Below are positions 49,400 through 59,640 of a stretch of 64,000 nt of DNA, in pieces. Origin of the DNA: Candidatus Micrarchaeia archaeon (lineage in GTDB: Archaea > Micrarchaeota > Micrarchaeia > CABMEP01). The stretch lies in assembly GCA_038886535.1 (NCBI GenBank), contig JAVZXS010000001.1:180636-244635 (forward strand). Reading direction: 5' to 3'. The notes beneath the pieces are model-generated. The model made no database searches. It had not been told where the DNA came from and was given only the letters and a program-made list of their open reading frames with translations. Both the position numbers and the translations under genes were made by a program. Every line of letters starts with the position of its first letter. Within the stretch, counting starts at the first letter, position 1.

Positions 49400-50035
49400 T
49401 TATCTAATCGCCTTTAGAATTCTTTGTATTGCACTTATATTAGATAAGATCGCGAGTATTATAATTAAATACTGAAAAATAGTCACATTAAACTGTGCTA
49501 TAATTAAACTTAAAGTGTAAAGTCCTACTCTCTCAGCTCTTTCAAGTATTCCGCCTCTAAGTTCCTTTTTTAACTTCTTTTCTGCTGCAGCTGATTTTAC
49601 ATATGTAGTTATCATAGATCCAAATAAAAACAAAAAGATCCACGCTTGAAAATCAAATATGATAGGTTGCCACTGGATAAATACGAGTGGAAATATAAAG
49701 AGAAATTCATTATACCTGTCAACTACAGTATCTAAAAACGCACCGAATCTAGTAACTTTTTTAGTTTTCCTTGCAACTGCACCATCAATCAAATCTATTA
49801 AGCCAGAAACAGTTATTAAAAATGCACCAACTAAAAAATATCTATTGATTATGGAAAGAAATGCTGTAATTGCAACAGCTAGAGATGCAATAGTCCAAGT
49901 GTTTGGAGATATATTTAATTTTGCAAAATTTATTCCTATCCATTCTCTAATTTTTTTAAGTGTTTTATTTTCAGATTTTTCAAAAAGCATTTTATCACTC
50001 ATATAACTAATAACATTCATTAAGATAGTGTTCAC
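49400..50035 (-). CDS. CDP-alcohol phosphatidyltransferase (archaetidyl-inositol-phosphate or -serine synthase-like)
   Basis: Motif DLIDGAVARKTKKVTRFGAFLDTVVDR fits D-G-x2-A-R-x8-G-x3-D-x3-D. Confidence 0.75.
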   Translation of the reverse strand: MNTILMNVISYMSDKMLFEKSENKTLKKIREWIGINFAKLNISPNTWTIASLAVAITAFLSIINRYFLVGAFLITVSGLIDLIDGAVARKTKKVTRFGAFLDTVVDRYNEFLFIFPLVFIQWQPIIFDFQAWIFLFLFGSMITTYVKSAAAEKKLKKELRGGILERAERVGLYTLSLIIAQFNVTIFQYLIIILAILSNISAIQRILKAIR

Positions 50036-50179
50036 TAGAAATGAAGTTAGAAAAGAAATATAAAATGTTTCTTGTAAGAATTAATCTAGTGATGATACGA
50101 GGTATTGCTGAGCTGCAATTTTGCAAGCCGTGAAGATAAGAGGATAAGCTGATCTTTAAAATCCTCTTGAATATCTCAT

Positions 50180-51214
50180 GTGTGTGGGAAAATGATCGAT
50201 TTAAAAAAGTTAGATCAACTTAGATTTGCTGCTAGATATCCATTTTCAAAAACAGCAAAACAGATTCTATCACAGGGCAGCTTTAAGATTGATTATGAAA
50301 AAATCCAATTTGCAAAGAAACGCGTAATGGAAGCTCTTTTTGAGGATAAAGTTTCAGTTTTGGTAATCGGAGATGAATCACTCTATGAGAAATATCTTGT
50401 TTCATATCCACTATCAAGAATGATAATTTCACTTTTCGATTCACAAATAAGAAATAAGTTCATAAACAATGAAGTCAAGCGTGCATTAGCAAATATAACT
50501 GCAGATAATGATGACTATATTGAAGAAGCTAAAAGAGTTGCAAGAGATATGGATATAGAATTGGATGGTTTAAAGATATCTGTAGAGAAATATCTTCTCT
50601 ATGTTCCCAAAACAGAAGAAGGAAGACTAGTTTTTCAAAATCTCAAGGATGGAATGGTATTACTAAATGAAGCTACATTCATGTCCTTTATTTCAGAAGT
50701 TATACGGCAAAACATAGAATCAGGTATCCCAATTCCAAAAGAGAATTTTCCTAAAGAGATATTGAGCGATATAGAACAGGTAGCAAAGGAAATAGAGGCA
50801 GAGGTTAACAGAAGAAGAGAGGCAAAGGAAAAAGTAGCAGTTATGTTTGCGAAGTCTACAGGAGAAATAGCTCCGTGTATGGCTAAGATTTTAGAAAGAG
50901 CGAGAAATGGAGAAAATCTTCCACATTTTGCAAGAGTTGCGATCGCATCTTATCTGCTTAAGAGAGGGAAATCTATAGATGAAGTAGTTGAAGTGTTTAC
51001 CAATACCCCAAACTTTGATGAGAAGATAGCTAGATACCAGGTTGAGTTTATAGCAAAGAAGGGTTATAATCCGCCTTCATGTCAGACGATGGAATCGTAT
51101 GGTTTGAGACTTCCAGAATGTGGTTGCCTTGGTGAAAAAGGGCATAAGAACCCAATTCAATACGGTACAAGATTAATTAAAACAAGCAGATTAAGAACAA
51201 GTAAGAGGTCTTAG
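50180..51214 (+). CDS. priL: DNA primase large subunit PriL
   Basis: C-terminal Fe-S domain with CMAKI...PSCQTMESYGLRLPECGC. Confidence 0.8.
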   Translation: MCGKMIDLKKLDQLRFAARYPFSKTAKQILSQGSFKIDYEKIQFAKKRVMEALFEDKVSVLVIGDESLYEKYLVSYPLSRMIISLFDSQIRNKFINNEVKRALANITADNDDYIEEAKRVARDMDIELDGLKISVEKYLLYVPKTEEGRLVFQNLKDGMVLLNEATFMSFISEVIRQNIESGIPIPKENFPKEILSDIEQVAKEIEAEVNRRREAKEKVAVMFAKSTGEIAPCMAKILERARNGENLPHFARVAIASYLLKRGKSIDEVVEVFTNTPNFDEKIARYQVEFIAKKGYNPPSCQTMESYGLRLPECGCLGEKGHKNPIQYGTRLIKTSRLRTSKRS

Positions 51215-51222
51215 GTGTTTTT

Positions 51223-52371
51223 ATGGATGAAGAAACATTTATAACAGAGAAGTTTAGACATTATTATTCTAATCATTGGACAAAAGCACCAAAAAAAATT
51301 CATAATAGAGAGTTTGGCTTTGGAGGTTGGTCTAAAAAGATTGAATCAAGACATTATTCATTTTCAAGCGAAAAGGAACTAAATGCTTATTTGGGAAGAA
51401 ACGCACCACTTTTTATTTCATATTCGGAGGCGTATTATAAGTATCCGGCAGCTAGACCTATCGAAAAGAAGGAGTGGATTCAAGGTGATTTGGTTTTTGA
51501 TATAGATGCAAATGAATTAGGAATGTCATGTACTGAGAAGCATGGTAAAGAATGGGTTTGCGAAAAATGTATGGATAGAGCTAAGGAATGTGCATTACGA
51601 TTGATCGATGATTTTCTTGTGAAAGATTTCAACATACCAAAAGAAGAGATAGAAGTTAATTTTAGTGGAAACAGAGGTTATCATATCCATATATCAACGA
51701 GGTTTCAATCGTTAAAGACGTATGGGAGAAAAGAAATCGCAGATTATGTTAATGCCAACGGTTTGGAGTATGAACGTTTCTTTTATCCAGATCCAATTCA
51801 TAAACGAATCATAGGTCCAAAAGTAACAGATGGTGGTTGGAAAGGAAGAATTGCAAATTTTGTAGTTAAGCATATAAAAGAAAGATCTCTTGAAAAAATA
51901 GGAATTCATAAAAAAACTGCTGAAAGATTTTATTCAAGAGTTGATGCAGCAGAACAAATATCAAATGGAAACTGGGAGGCAGTTTATGTATCAGATAAGA
52001 AGAAGTTCTTTTCTCAGATTGTTGAGGCGATAAAGAAGGACCAGGCTGCATTTGTAGACGAAGGAGTAACATTTGACACAAGTAAGCTTATAAGAATGCC
52101 AGATAGTATTCACGGAGAAACTGGCTTACTCGCACAGAGATTCGATGTAAAGAGTTTTGACAAGTACGATTGGACATCAATGCCAATTATATTTTCAGAA
52201 GATCCCATGAAGATTTATGTACATTCATGTAAAGAATTCATTCTTAAAAACCAAACATTTGGTCCTTATAATAACCAAGTTGTAGAACTGCCAGAATATG
52301 CAGCTATTTATTTAATATGTAAAAAAGTCGCAGTGCTTCTAGAAAATAAAGACAGACCAATATTTAATTAA
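51223..52371 (+). CDS. priS: DNA primase small catalytic subunit PriS
   Basis: LVFDIDANE (catalytic Asp), zinc knuckle CTEKHGKEWVCEKC, SGNRGYHIHI. Confidence 0.85.
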   Translation: MDEETFITEKFRHYYSNHWTKAPKKIHNREFGFGGWSKKIESRHYSFSSEKELNAYLGRNAPLFISYSEAYYKYPAARPIEKKEWIQGDLVFDIDANELGMSCTEKHGKEWVCEKCMDRAKECALRLIDDFLVKDFNIPKEEIEVNFSGNRGYHIHISTRFQSLKTYGRKEIADYVNANGLEYERFFYPDPIHKRIIGPKVTDGGWKGRIANFVVKHIKERSLEKIGIHKKTAERFYSRVDAAEQISNGNWEAVYVSDKKKFFSQIVEAIKKDQAAFVDEGVTFDTSKLIRMPDSIHGETGLLAQRFDVKSFDKYDWTSMPIIFSEDPMKIYVHSCKEFILKNQTFGPYNNQVVELPEYAAIYLICKKVAVLLENKDRPIFN

Positions 52372-52630
52372 ATTCTAAATTTAAACTATAGCTTTATTTA
52401 TTTCAAAGCTTCTTATTTTTGTGATAAAATGATTTTTGATCAAAGAAATAGCTCTAATGGATTCTCTGGAAACGATGAAATTTGGAAATAATTTTTCATG
52501 CAGTAATGAATAGATAATATCCGCGTATAAACAGTATAATTATTCACTTGCACAATATGTAAAGAAAGGTCTAATAAGTGAAGATCAAATTCAATTAGTA
52601 AGAAATTTATTAAGGAAAAAAGATCCTGAA

Positions 52631-53008
52631 TTGGCAAAAAGATTGAAGTGGCAGACATTGTCTTATTTAATTAAAGATTCGAATCCAGGGGTTAGAAGAA
52701 TTATATCGTATGCACTCAGATCGTACTCCGATTATGAAAAAGTTAGTCTTATACTAATTAGTTCATTAAAGAGAGAGAAAGATTGGATTGTGAAGGAAGA
52801 AATGATAAATTCTCTATCTGAGGCATGTTTAAAATTTGAAAAAGAGAATCAAATAAGAGAAGAAATCGAACTTTTTATAACCCATTTTCTTTTAGATAAG
52901 CGCCACGTTATTTGGATTGCGTCTAGTGAGGCAGTTTCAAACCTAAAAATAATAGAAGCAAAAACTCAATTAGAACCAATTTCAATTAGATCCTGTATTG
53001 AGTGTTAG
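52631..53008 (+). CDS. HEAT/PBS-like repeat protein (TTG start predicted; start uncertain)
   Basis: DSNPGVRRIISYAL is a HEAT-like repeat. No upstream in-frame ATG. Confidence 0.3.
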   Translation: MAKRLKWQTLSYLIKDSNPGVRRIISYALRSYSDYEKVSLILISSLKREKDWIVKEEMINSLSEACLKFEKENQIREEIELFITHFLLDKRHVIWIASSEAVSNLKIIEAKTQLEPISIRSCIEC

Positions 53009-53182
53009 AGAGAAAGCATTGAATGTTTTGCAAGATCTTATAGATAAAAAGTAAGATGATAATTTCTAAGTTACAGTTAATTATTGTGAATAGTTGAACA
53101 ACCTAAAGTAATAATTAATATATATTTCTATTTAATTTAATTTTACTTTCCTATAAGATTTTCTTATCTTTAAGATGATTAT

Positions 53183-53731
53183 ATGGAAGAACTTACTTAT
53201 GATGAACTTATGAGAATACATGCAAGAGAAAAAGGTTCGAGGCTTTCAGCTATACCTTCAAATTTCTATCAACTTGCAGGAAGATTGCTTGCATCTTATG
53301 ATAAATCCGATCCAAGTGGGATGAGAGAATATAATAATGTATTGAAAATGATAAAGTACATTTATCAGAGAAGATTGGAGAAGATATTTAATTATATTCT
53401 TAGTTATGATAAGGAAATTGAACTTCCTCCAGAAATGCTCGATAGAGAAAGAGAGATATATAATCAAATAGTTCCAATTATTAAAAAATTCAACAGTGAA
53501 ACAGATCATGAGCTAGTTTGTCAGAAAAAAGAGTGCAATGATACAGAACAATTATCGGTTTTAAAGGCAAAGAGTAATAAGTTGAAGATAATACTTCTTA
53601 AAGATGTAGATGAGTTTGTAAGTGCCAACGGTTCAGTAATAGGTCCTTTTAAGCAACAAACAGAAGTAGAATTGACATATGAAGATGCAGAAATGTTAAT
53701 TCAAATAGGGGTAGCTAAAAGGGTGGAATAA
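53183..53731 (+). CDS. Putative GINS subunit (Gins51/Gins15-like)
   Basis: About 180 aa, helical N domain plus a small C domain, encoded right after priL-priS as in other archaea. Weak resemblance to the GINS A domain, so the family call is inferred. Confidence 0.4.
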   Translation: MEELTYDELMRIHAREKGSRLSAIPSNFYQLAGRLLASYDKSDPSGMREYNNVLKMIKYIYQRRLEKIFNYILSYDKEIELPPEMLDREREIYNQIVPIIKKFNSETDHELVCQKKECNDTEQLSVLKAKSNKLKIILLKDVDEFVSANGSVIGPFKQQTEVELTYEDAEMLIQIGVAKRVE

Positions 53732-53881
53732 GATTCTACCACTAAAAATGCTAAGTCTAGCAAATCTGCTGATATACCAATATTTTTATATTTATATGTA
53801 AATATTAATATAACAATCTCCTAATTGTGAACATTTCACTATGGAATTGTTGTATTTTTGCTACTTAAAGGAGCTGATATT

Positions 53882-54169
53882 ATGAAGATGGTTGATACGA
53901 TTAGAACATATTGTCCAAGTTGTAATAAACATACCACACAAAAGGTTAAGCTTTACAAGAAAGGAAAGCAATCACCTTTTTCAGTAGGTCAGGCAAGATA
54001 CGACAGAAAACTTACAGGTTATGTAGGTAAGGTCAAGGGTAAGAAATCTGTTAAGAAAATGGGTAAACATCAGAAAGTGATTCTTGAATGTACCGAATGC
54101 AAGAAGAAACAAGAGAGAGTAATTGGGACAAGAACAAGAAAAGTCCTTGAGATAACCAAGAAAGAATAA
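53882..54169 (+). CDS. rpl44e: Ribosomal protein L44e (eL42)
   Basis: MKMVDTIRTYCPSCNKHT...CTECKK zinc-ribbon ribosomal protein. The listed ORF extends upstream to a TTG. Confidence 0.85.
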   Translation: MKMVDTIRTYCPSCNKHTTQKVKLYKKGKQSPFSVGQARYDRKLTGYVGKVKGKKSVKKMGKHQKVILECTECKKKQERVIGTRTRKVLEITKKE

Positions 54170-54198
54170 TGGTTATTTCACACTTTTGAGGTGGTATA

Positions 54199-54372
54199 AT
54201 GAAGACATCATCAAATTCAAAATTCTTATTAGTTAAACACGAATGTGGAAATGAACAATACGTTTTTAATACCGCTAAAAGAACTGTTTTATGTAGCTTA
54301 TGCAAGAAACCGCTTGCAAGACCTACAGGTGGCTATGCAAAGATACTTGGTAAAATAATGAAAGTGGTTTAA
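54199..54372 (+). CDS. rps27e: Ribosomal protein S27e (57 aa; too short for the ORF track)
   Basis: My translation: MKTSSNSKFLLVKHECGNEQYVFNTAKRTVLCSLCKKPLARPTGGYAKILGKIMKVV, with a C4 zinc ribbon. It sits in the conserved position between L44e and aIF2 alpha. Confidence 0.8.
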   Translation: MKTSSNSKFLLVKHECGNEQYVFNTAKRTVLCSLCKKPLARPTGGYAKILGKIMKVV

Positions 54373-54396
54373 TTTAAAATTATTAAAGGTAATTAG

Positions 54397-55179
54397 ATGG
54401 AGAAAAAGAAAAGTGTCCCAGAATTAGATGAGCTAGTTGTTGTAACTGTTACAAAAGTTTTTCCTTATGGGGCATTTTGCAAAATGGAAGACTATAACAT
54501 GGATGCATTTCTCCATGTTTCCGAAGTCTCATCTGGGTGGGTAAAGAATATAAGAAACTTCCTTAAAGAAGGCCAGAGACTTGTGGTTAGGGTACATAGA
54601 GTGGTTCCTGAAAAAAACATGGTGGATGTATCTCTAAAAAGAGTTACAGAAGCAGAACAGAAAAGAAAACTTGAGGAAGTTAAAAGAGACAAGAGAGCAT
54701 TAAAGCTCCTTGAAGTTGCAAAAGAAAAGATAAAAAATGCAAATAAAACCACAAAACTTTCAATTGAAGAAGTTAAATCTATTCTTGAATCACATTTTGA
54801 TGATTCGTTTTCTGCATTTGAAGAAGTTGTTAGAGAAGGAGAATCTGTTCTAAAAAAGACAAAACTTCCACAAGAATGGGTCGAAGCAATCGTTGAAACC
54901 GCAAATGAGAATATAAAGAAGCAAGTTAGGTTAATAAAAGGGAAACTATTATTAAGATGTACAAAGGAAGGTGGAATAAACATAATAAAAGATTTGCTTT
55001 CAGTAGATCCGAATTCAGGTATTCATGTTCACTATTTAGGAGCACCCTACTATCAGATAACTGTTCAAGATGATGATTTCAAAAAATGCGAGAAGAAATT
55101 AAAACAGTTTGTTGATAATATTACTAAATTAGCTTCGAAAAATGAATGTGAAGTCAAATTTGAAAGAGAGGAAGAATAA
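54397..55179 (+). CDS. eif2a: Translation initiation factor 2 alpha subunit
   Basis: N-terminal S1 domain (ELVVVTVTKVFPYGAFCKMEDY...HVSEVSSGWVKNIRNF). Confidence 0.85.
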   Translation: MEKKKSVPELDELVVVTVTKVFPYGAFCKMEDYNMDAFLHVSEVSSGWVKNIRNFLKEGQRLVVRVHRVVPEKNMVDVSLKRVTEAEQKRKLEEVKRDKRALKLLEVAKEKIKNANKTTKLSIEEVKSILESHFDDSFSAFEEVVREGESVLKKTKLPQEWVEAIVETANENIKKQVRLIKGKLLLRCTKEGGINIIKDLLSVDPNSGIHVHYLGAPYYQITVQDDDFKKCEKKLKQFVDNITKLASKNECEVKFEREEE

Positions 55180-55242
55180 TTTTTTATTGGTTCATTCTTT
55201 CCGTTTCACTCAAAGAAAAATATCTTTAACGTGGCGATATAA

Positions 55243-55440
55243 ATGAAGAAAATAAGGAAATGTCAATTATGCAATAAATATACTCTTTCAAACATTCACT
55301 GTAATAAAGATACAGTTTCTCCACATCCAATTGCGAGTGGAGTTGAAAAAAATATTAGAGAAAGGTTAAAATCAAGAATTAAGAATTTAGAAGAAAAAGA
55401 AATGCATAAACCGATAGAAAGGGAAAAGATACCTTACTAA
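55243..55440 (+). CDS. nop10: H/ACA ribonucleoprotein component Nop10
   Basis: KIRKCQLCNKYTL..HC zinc ribbon and the conserved SPHP motif. Position after aIF2 alpha is conserved. Confidence 0.75.
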   Translation: MKKIRKCQLCNKYTLSNIHCNKDTVSPHPIASGVEKNIRERLKSRIKNLEEKEMHKPIEREKIPY

Positions 55441-55475
55441 ATCATTCTTTAATTCCTAATTTGTATTGATTAATA

Positions 55476-56372
55476 TTGATTAATAAGATCATTGGTGGTT
55501 TTATGGTCAAAAGATCAGAATCTAAGAAGCAAATTTCACAAAAAGAAGAACAAAAATCAAATCATATACTAGAAAAAGCGTTTCTTTCAACTAAGCATGG
55601 AATAAAAACTAACATAGAAATACACGAAAAAGTTTCTGGATTAGTAAATCCAATACTTGTTGAAGGACTTCCAGGAATAGGTTTTGTAGGTAAACTTGCG
55701 GCAGAACATTTGGTTTCAGAACTAAAGGCTAAGAAAATAGCAACACTATATTCATATCATTTTCCACATCAAGTTTTAATCAACAAAGATGGAACCATAA
55801 AGATGCTTGTAAATGAGTTTTATCTTTACAAAGATCCAAAAAAGAAAAACGATCTAATTATTTTGATTGGAGACGTTCAACCAGTTAGTTCAAGAGCCCA
55901 GTTTGAAGTAATGAATATTATATTAGAATACTTCTCTCTTTTAGGTGGCAAAAGAATAATAACTCTTGGTGGGTATGGAATAGGCAAACTTGTAGAAAAA
56001 CCTAGAGTTTTTGGTGCAGTTATAAATAAAGAAGACGTTGAATTCTATAGGAAATTTGGTGTTACTTTTGGGGAAGTTGAAGGTTCTATAATTGGAGCTG
56101 CAGGTGTTTTGCTTGGACTTGGAAAATTAAAGGGAATGGATGGTATATGTTTAATGGGAGAGACGCATGGAACATATATTGACCATAAATCTGCTCAGAG
56201 GGTAATCGAAGTTCTATCTGAAATAACCGGAATTAAAGTTGATGTTTCTAAGCTTACAGAAAAAGCGAAAGAAAGCGAAGGTATAATTAAGAAATTAGAG
56301 GAAGAATTAAATAGAGGACAAATGCCAATTGAACTTCCAAAGAAACCTGACGAGCTTTCATACATTAGATAA
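55476..56372 (+). CDS. PAC2-family protein (proteasome assembly chaperone-like)
   Basis: LVEGLPGIGFVGKLAAEHLV is a PAC2 signature. Position after Nop10 is conserved. Confidence 0.7.
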   Translation: MINKIIGGFMVKRSESKKQISQKEEQKSNHILEKAFLSTKHGIKTNIEIHEKVSGLVNPILVEGLPGIGFVGKLAAEHLVSELKAKKIATLYSYHFPHQVLINKDGTIKMLVNEFYLYKDPKKKNDLIILIGDVQPVSSRAQFEVMNIILEYFSLLGGKRIITLGGYGIGKLVEKPRVFGAVINKEDVEFYRKFGVTFGEVEGSIIGAAGVLLGLGKLKGMDGICLMGETHGTYIDHKSAQRVIEVLSEITGIKVDVSKLTEKAKESEGIIKKLEEELNRGQMPIELPKKPDELSYIR

Positions 56373-56406
56373 TTTTCGTATACATTTTAGTTTTGAAGGT
56401 TTTTTG

Positions 56407-57129
56407 ATGAAAATTAATAAGTTTAAATGTACTAATTGTGGATACTGTTGTAAAAATATGCAAAATCTTGCACTGTTCGAATGGGAAAAAGATTTACTTC
56501 TTTCTTTAGATCCTTCCATAAAGATAATTCCTGGAAATAAGATAAAATATAAAGATACAGAAATAATTCTTTATTGGGGTTTACAAACTAAACATCAATC
56601 ACTATCTAAAACAAAAGCTACAAAATCTATTCAGAAAGTATCTAAGAATGATAAAATAAAGAAAAGAAGTTTAGAGGAAATGTGCCCTTTTCTTTCTTTT
56701 GAATATGGCGTATCTAAATGCAATATATATGAGAATAGGCCACTTGTTTGTCGTGCTTTTCCTCTCTTTCATTTAGGATTTAAATTTATGGAAGGAATGA
56801 TATCTGTCGATTGTCCAGAACATATAATTCCATTTAATCAAGAGCAGACAATTAGTAGAGAAAAATTTTATTCTTTACTTTATGCAATATATGGCATTGC
56901 ATTCTTAGATGCATTTCGACTCGAACTTGCAAGAGTTTGGATATCTGATATCGCTGAACTTGTTTTAAATCATTTAAAAGAGAACGAAATTGAAATTTCA
57001 GAAAGAGAAATCGGTCTTCTTGAACTTGCAATTAAAATCGGAGTTCTTACCGAAGACGAGATAGAGAAAGAGATAAGCTTCATTTATTCAGAAGAGATTC
57101 AGGATATGCTAAATCAATTGAATCTCTAA
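56407..57129 (+). CDS. YkgJ/UPF0153-family putative Fe-S or Zn-binding protein
   Basis: CTNCGYCC ... CPFLSFEYGVSKCNIYENRPLVCRAFP. Confidence 0.6.
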   Translation: MKINKFKCTNCGYCCKNMQNLALFEWEKDLLLSLDPSIKIIPGNKIKYKDTEIILYWGLQTKHQSLSKTKATKSIQKVSKNDKIKKRSLEEMCPFLSFEYGVSKCNIYENRPLVCRAFPLFHLGFKFMEGMISVDCPEHIIPFNQEQTISREKFYSLLYAIYGIAFLDAFRLELARVWISDIAELVLNHLKENEIEISEREIGLLELAIKIGVLTEDEIEKEISFIYSEEIQDMLNQLNL

Positions 57130-57162
57130 TTATAAATTTAATTTATCCAATAGTTAATTTTG

Positions 57163-57450
57163 TTATTTTTTTATTTTACTCATCAATTCTGTTAAATCTT
57201 TCCCACTTTTTCCTTTTGGGAATACATTTCCATTAGGTGTAAATACAGCTATCTGAAGTTCTTCTGCGAGCCTAACTGCTTCTTTCATGTCTATTATCCT
57301 ATCAGTAAATAGAACTGGATATTCGCCATAAGGTTCTTTTATTATTTTTACTGTAAATATTATCCTTTGAAACATTCCTTTTCTGTGCACTCTGTATTCG
57401 CCTTTTCCATTTCTTAGAACTTCATCTAAAGTTGGTTCACCCTTTTCCAT
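57163..57450 (-). CDS. Hypothetical protein
   Basis: 95-aa ORF. Confidence 0.35.
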   Translation of the reverse strand: MEKGEPTLDEVLRNGKGEYRVHRKGMFQRIIFTVKIIKEPYGEYPVLFTDRIIDMKEAVRLAEELQIAVFTPNGNVFPKGKSGKDLTELMSKIKK

Positions 57451-57492
57451 AAAAAATCACATTTTATAATTATTTAAATGCAAAACATCTAT

Positions 57493-58170
57493 TTATCTTA
57501 AACATGCATTTACATTCGCTTCTATTTCTTCTTTACTCGGCATGATCGTTCCATATCTTTGATTTAGATATGTAATATTTTCAATAACAAAATTTCTCTT
57601 CTTACATATTATTTCTATCATTACTGGTTCTGAGTACGATATAGAAATGATAAGTTCGGGACAAAAAATACCATCACATTTTTGATAATATAATTCAGAT
57701 CTTGTAACTTCTCCTTCCTTTATTGTTGGGAAAAATATCGTAAAAGGAATGAATAACGGATTAATTTTAACACTTTTTTGTGTAATATCTTTTAATTTCC
57801 ATCCAGAAAAGTTATTATTATAAAACTCAATAACTGAACTGTAATTAATATTCGATATCATATATCCAATCGAATATATGTAAGAAGTACCTGTATAAAT
57901 GCTTTCCATTTTTTCTTCGTGAATATCACTAATATTTATATCATATATACCGATTGTCGACCATTTTCTTTCTGCATTTTTTATTATAGGAACATCTTTA
58001 AGGTCACCTTTAATTTCATCGATTGCTGTCGCATTTTCTTCGTATGCATTTATTTTATCGGTTTGATCTTTTTCCATTTTATCTAATAAATTTTTGCTAT
58101 TATCAGAAATAGATTTTCCTATACAACCAACAAAAAGAACTGCCAGTATAATAAAAATCAATTTTTTCAT
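57493..58170 (-). CDS. Putative secreted lipoprotein
   Basis: Signal peptide with lipobox-like FVGC. Confidence 0.45.
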   Translation of the reverse strand: MKKLIFIILAVLFVGCIGKSISDNSKNLLDKMEKDQTDKINAYEENATAIDEIKGDLKDVPIIKNAERKWSTIGIYDINISDIHEEKMESIYTGTSYIYSIGYMISNINYSSVIEFYNNNFSGWKLKDITQKSVKINPLFIPFTIFFPTIKEGEVTRSELYYQKCDGIFCPELIISISYSEPVMIEIICKKRNFVIENITYLNQRYGTIMPSKEEIEANVNACLR

Positions 58171-58321
58171 GACAAATATTTTTTTATAAAAATTTATATT
58201 TTTTTCTTAAAGGATCGCGTATAAAAAAATAACAGGACACAGTATAAATTTTATTTACATACTTTAGCTGCTTAATGGAAAAGTATATATATTTAAATCG
58301 TTCCTTAATTTTGTGATTTTT

Positions 58322-59560
58322 ATGAAGAACATATCTATTTTAGGTTCTACAGGAAGTATAGGTACTCAGACATTAGACGTTATAAGAAATCATAAGAATA
58401 AATTTAGAGTAGTGGGTTTAGCTGCATATGGTACTGATAAAGATATAGATCTTATGGTTGAGCAGATACATGAATTTAAACCTAAAATCGTATCAATGTA
58501 CAGAACCGATGCAGCGATTAAGCTTAAAGAAAGATTGATGCATGATAATTTAGGTTATGGTCAAAAGATAGTGATCCTATCTGGTAATGAAGGTCTTATT
58601 TCAGTTTCTACTTTCCCTATGGTTGATACAGTTGTAACTGCAGTTGTTGGAAGTGTCGGCTTAATTCCTACACTAGAGGCAATAAAGAAAAAGAAAAATA
58701 TAGCTCTTGCAAACAAAGAAACATTAGTGTGTGCTGGAAGCATAGTTATGGAAAATGCAAAAAAGTACGGAGTAAAAATTATGCCAATAGATAGCGAACA
58801 TTCAGCAATTTTTCAGTCTTTACAAGGTAATAAAAAGGAGCAAGTAAAGAGAATAATATTAACATGTTCAGGAGGTCCATTTAGAGATGAAAAATTATGG
58901 CCCGCAGAAAAAATAAATGAAGCGACTCGAGAACAAGCACTTAAACATCCAACCTGGAATATGGGTGGAAAGATTACTATTGACAGTGCAACACTCATGA
59001 ATAAAGGTTTAGAGGTTATAGAAGCTCATTGGCTTTATAATATTCCTTATGAACAAATTTCAGTTGTAATACACCCTCAGTCTATAATTCATTCAATGGT
59101 TGAATATGTTGATGGTTCTATAATGGCTCAGATTGGTGTTCACGATATGCGTATTCCGATTCAATATGCGTTATCCTATCCAGATAGATTACCAAGCGGT
59201 GATTATGCATTTTTAGATTTGATTAAAGTTTGTAATCTTACATTTTTTGAACCAGATACAGTCAGATTTCCAGCTCTATTATATGCATACGAAGCAGGCA
59301 AGATCGGCGGAACAATGCCTACAGTTATGAATGCAGCAAATGAAGTAGCAGTTGTAGAATATTTCTTACAAGGAAAGATTAAATTCGGTGACATAATAAG
59401 AGTAGTAAGACATACGATGGATGTCCATAAGCATACAGTTGTTCAGAATCCAAACCTTCAAGACATTCTTCAAGCAGATATATGGGCAAGAGAACACGTT
59501 CGTTCGGTTTTAAATGTAGTTATACAAGATAAAAGTTGGAAAAATATAAATTCATTCTAA
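58322..59560 (+). CDS. dxr: 1-deoxy-D-xylulose-5-phosphate reductoisomerase homologue
   Basis: NADPH-binding ILGSTGSIGTQTLDVI, LANKETLVCAG, metal and substrate residues MPIDSEHSAIFQ, and full-length colinearity with DXR. The listed ORF starts at a GTG 9 nt upstream. Confidence 0.8.
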   Translation: MKNISILGSTGSIGTQTLDVIRNHKNKFRVVGLAAYGTDKDIDLMVEQIHEFKPKIVSMYRTDAAIKLKERLMHDNLGYGQKIVILSGNEGLISVSTFPMVDTVVTAVVGSVGLIPTLEAIKKKKNIALANKETLVCAGSIVMENAKKYGVKIMPIDSEHSAIFQSLQGNKKEQVKRIILTCSGGPFRDEKLWPAEKINEATREQALKHPTWNMGGKITIDSATLMNKGLEVIEAHWLYNIPYEQISVVIHPQSIIHSMVEYVDGSIMAQIGVHDMRIPIQYALSYPDRLPSGDYAFLDLIKVCNLTFFEPDTVRFPALLYAYEAGKIGGTMPTVMNAANEVAVVEYFLQGKIKFGDIIRVVRHTMDVHKHTVVQNPNLQDILQADIWAREHVRSVLNVVIQDKSWKNINSF

Positions 59561-59640
59561 AGTTATTAAAAATATAGCAAAAATCGATATAATTGAAATA
59601 ATTAGAAAAGAAATAAAATAAAAAAGATTTATGTTCAGAA

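Noticed and set aside
52631-58321. Non-ATG starts chosen by the ORF track (TTG 52631, TTG 53858, GTG 58313)
   Set aside because: For L44e and DXR a nearby in-frame ATG gives a protein whose N terminus matches family consensus. The 52631 TTG start is kept only because no ATG exists, so it is low confidence.
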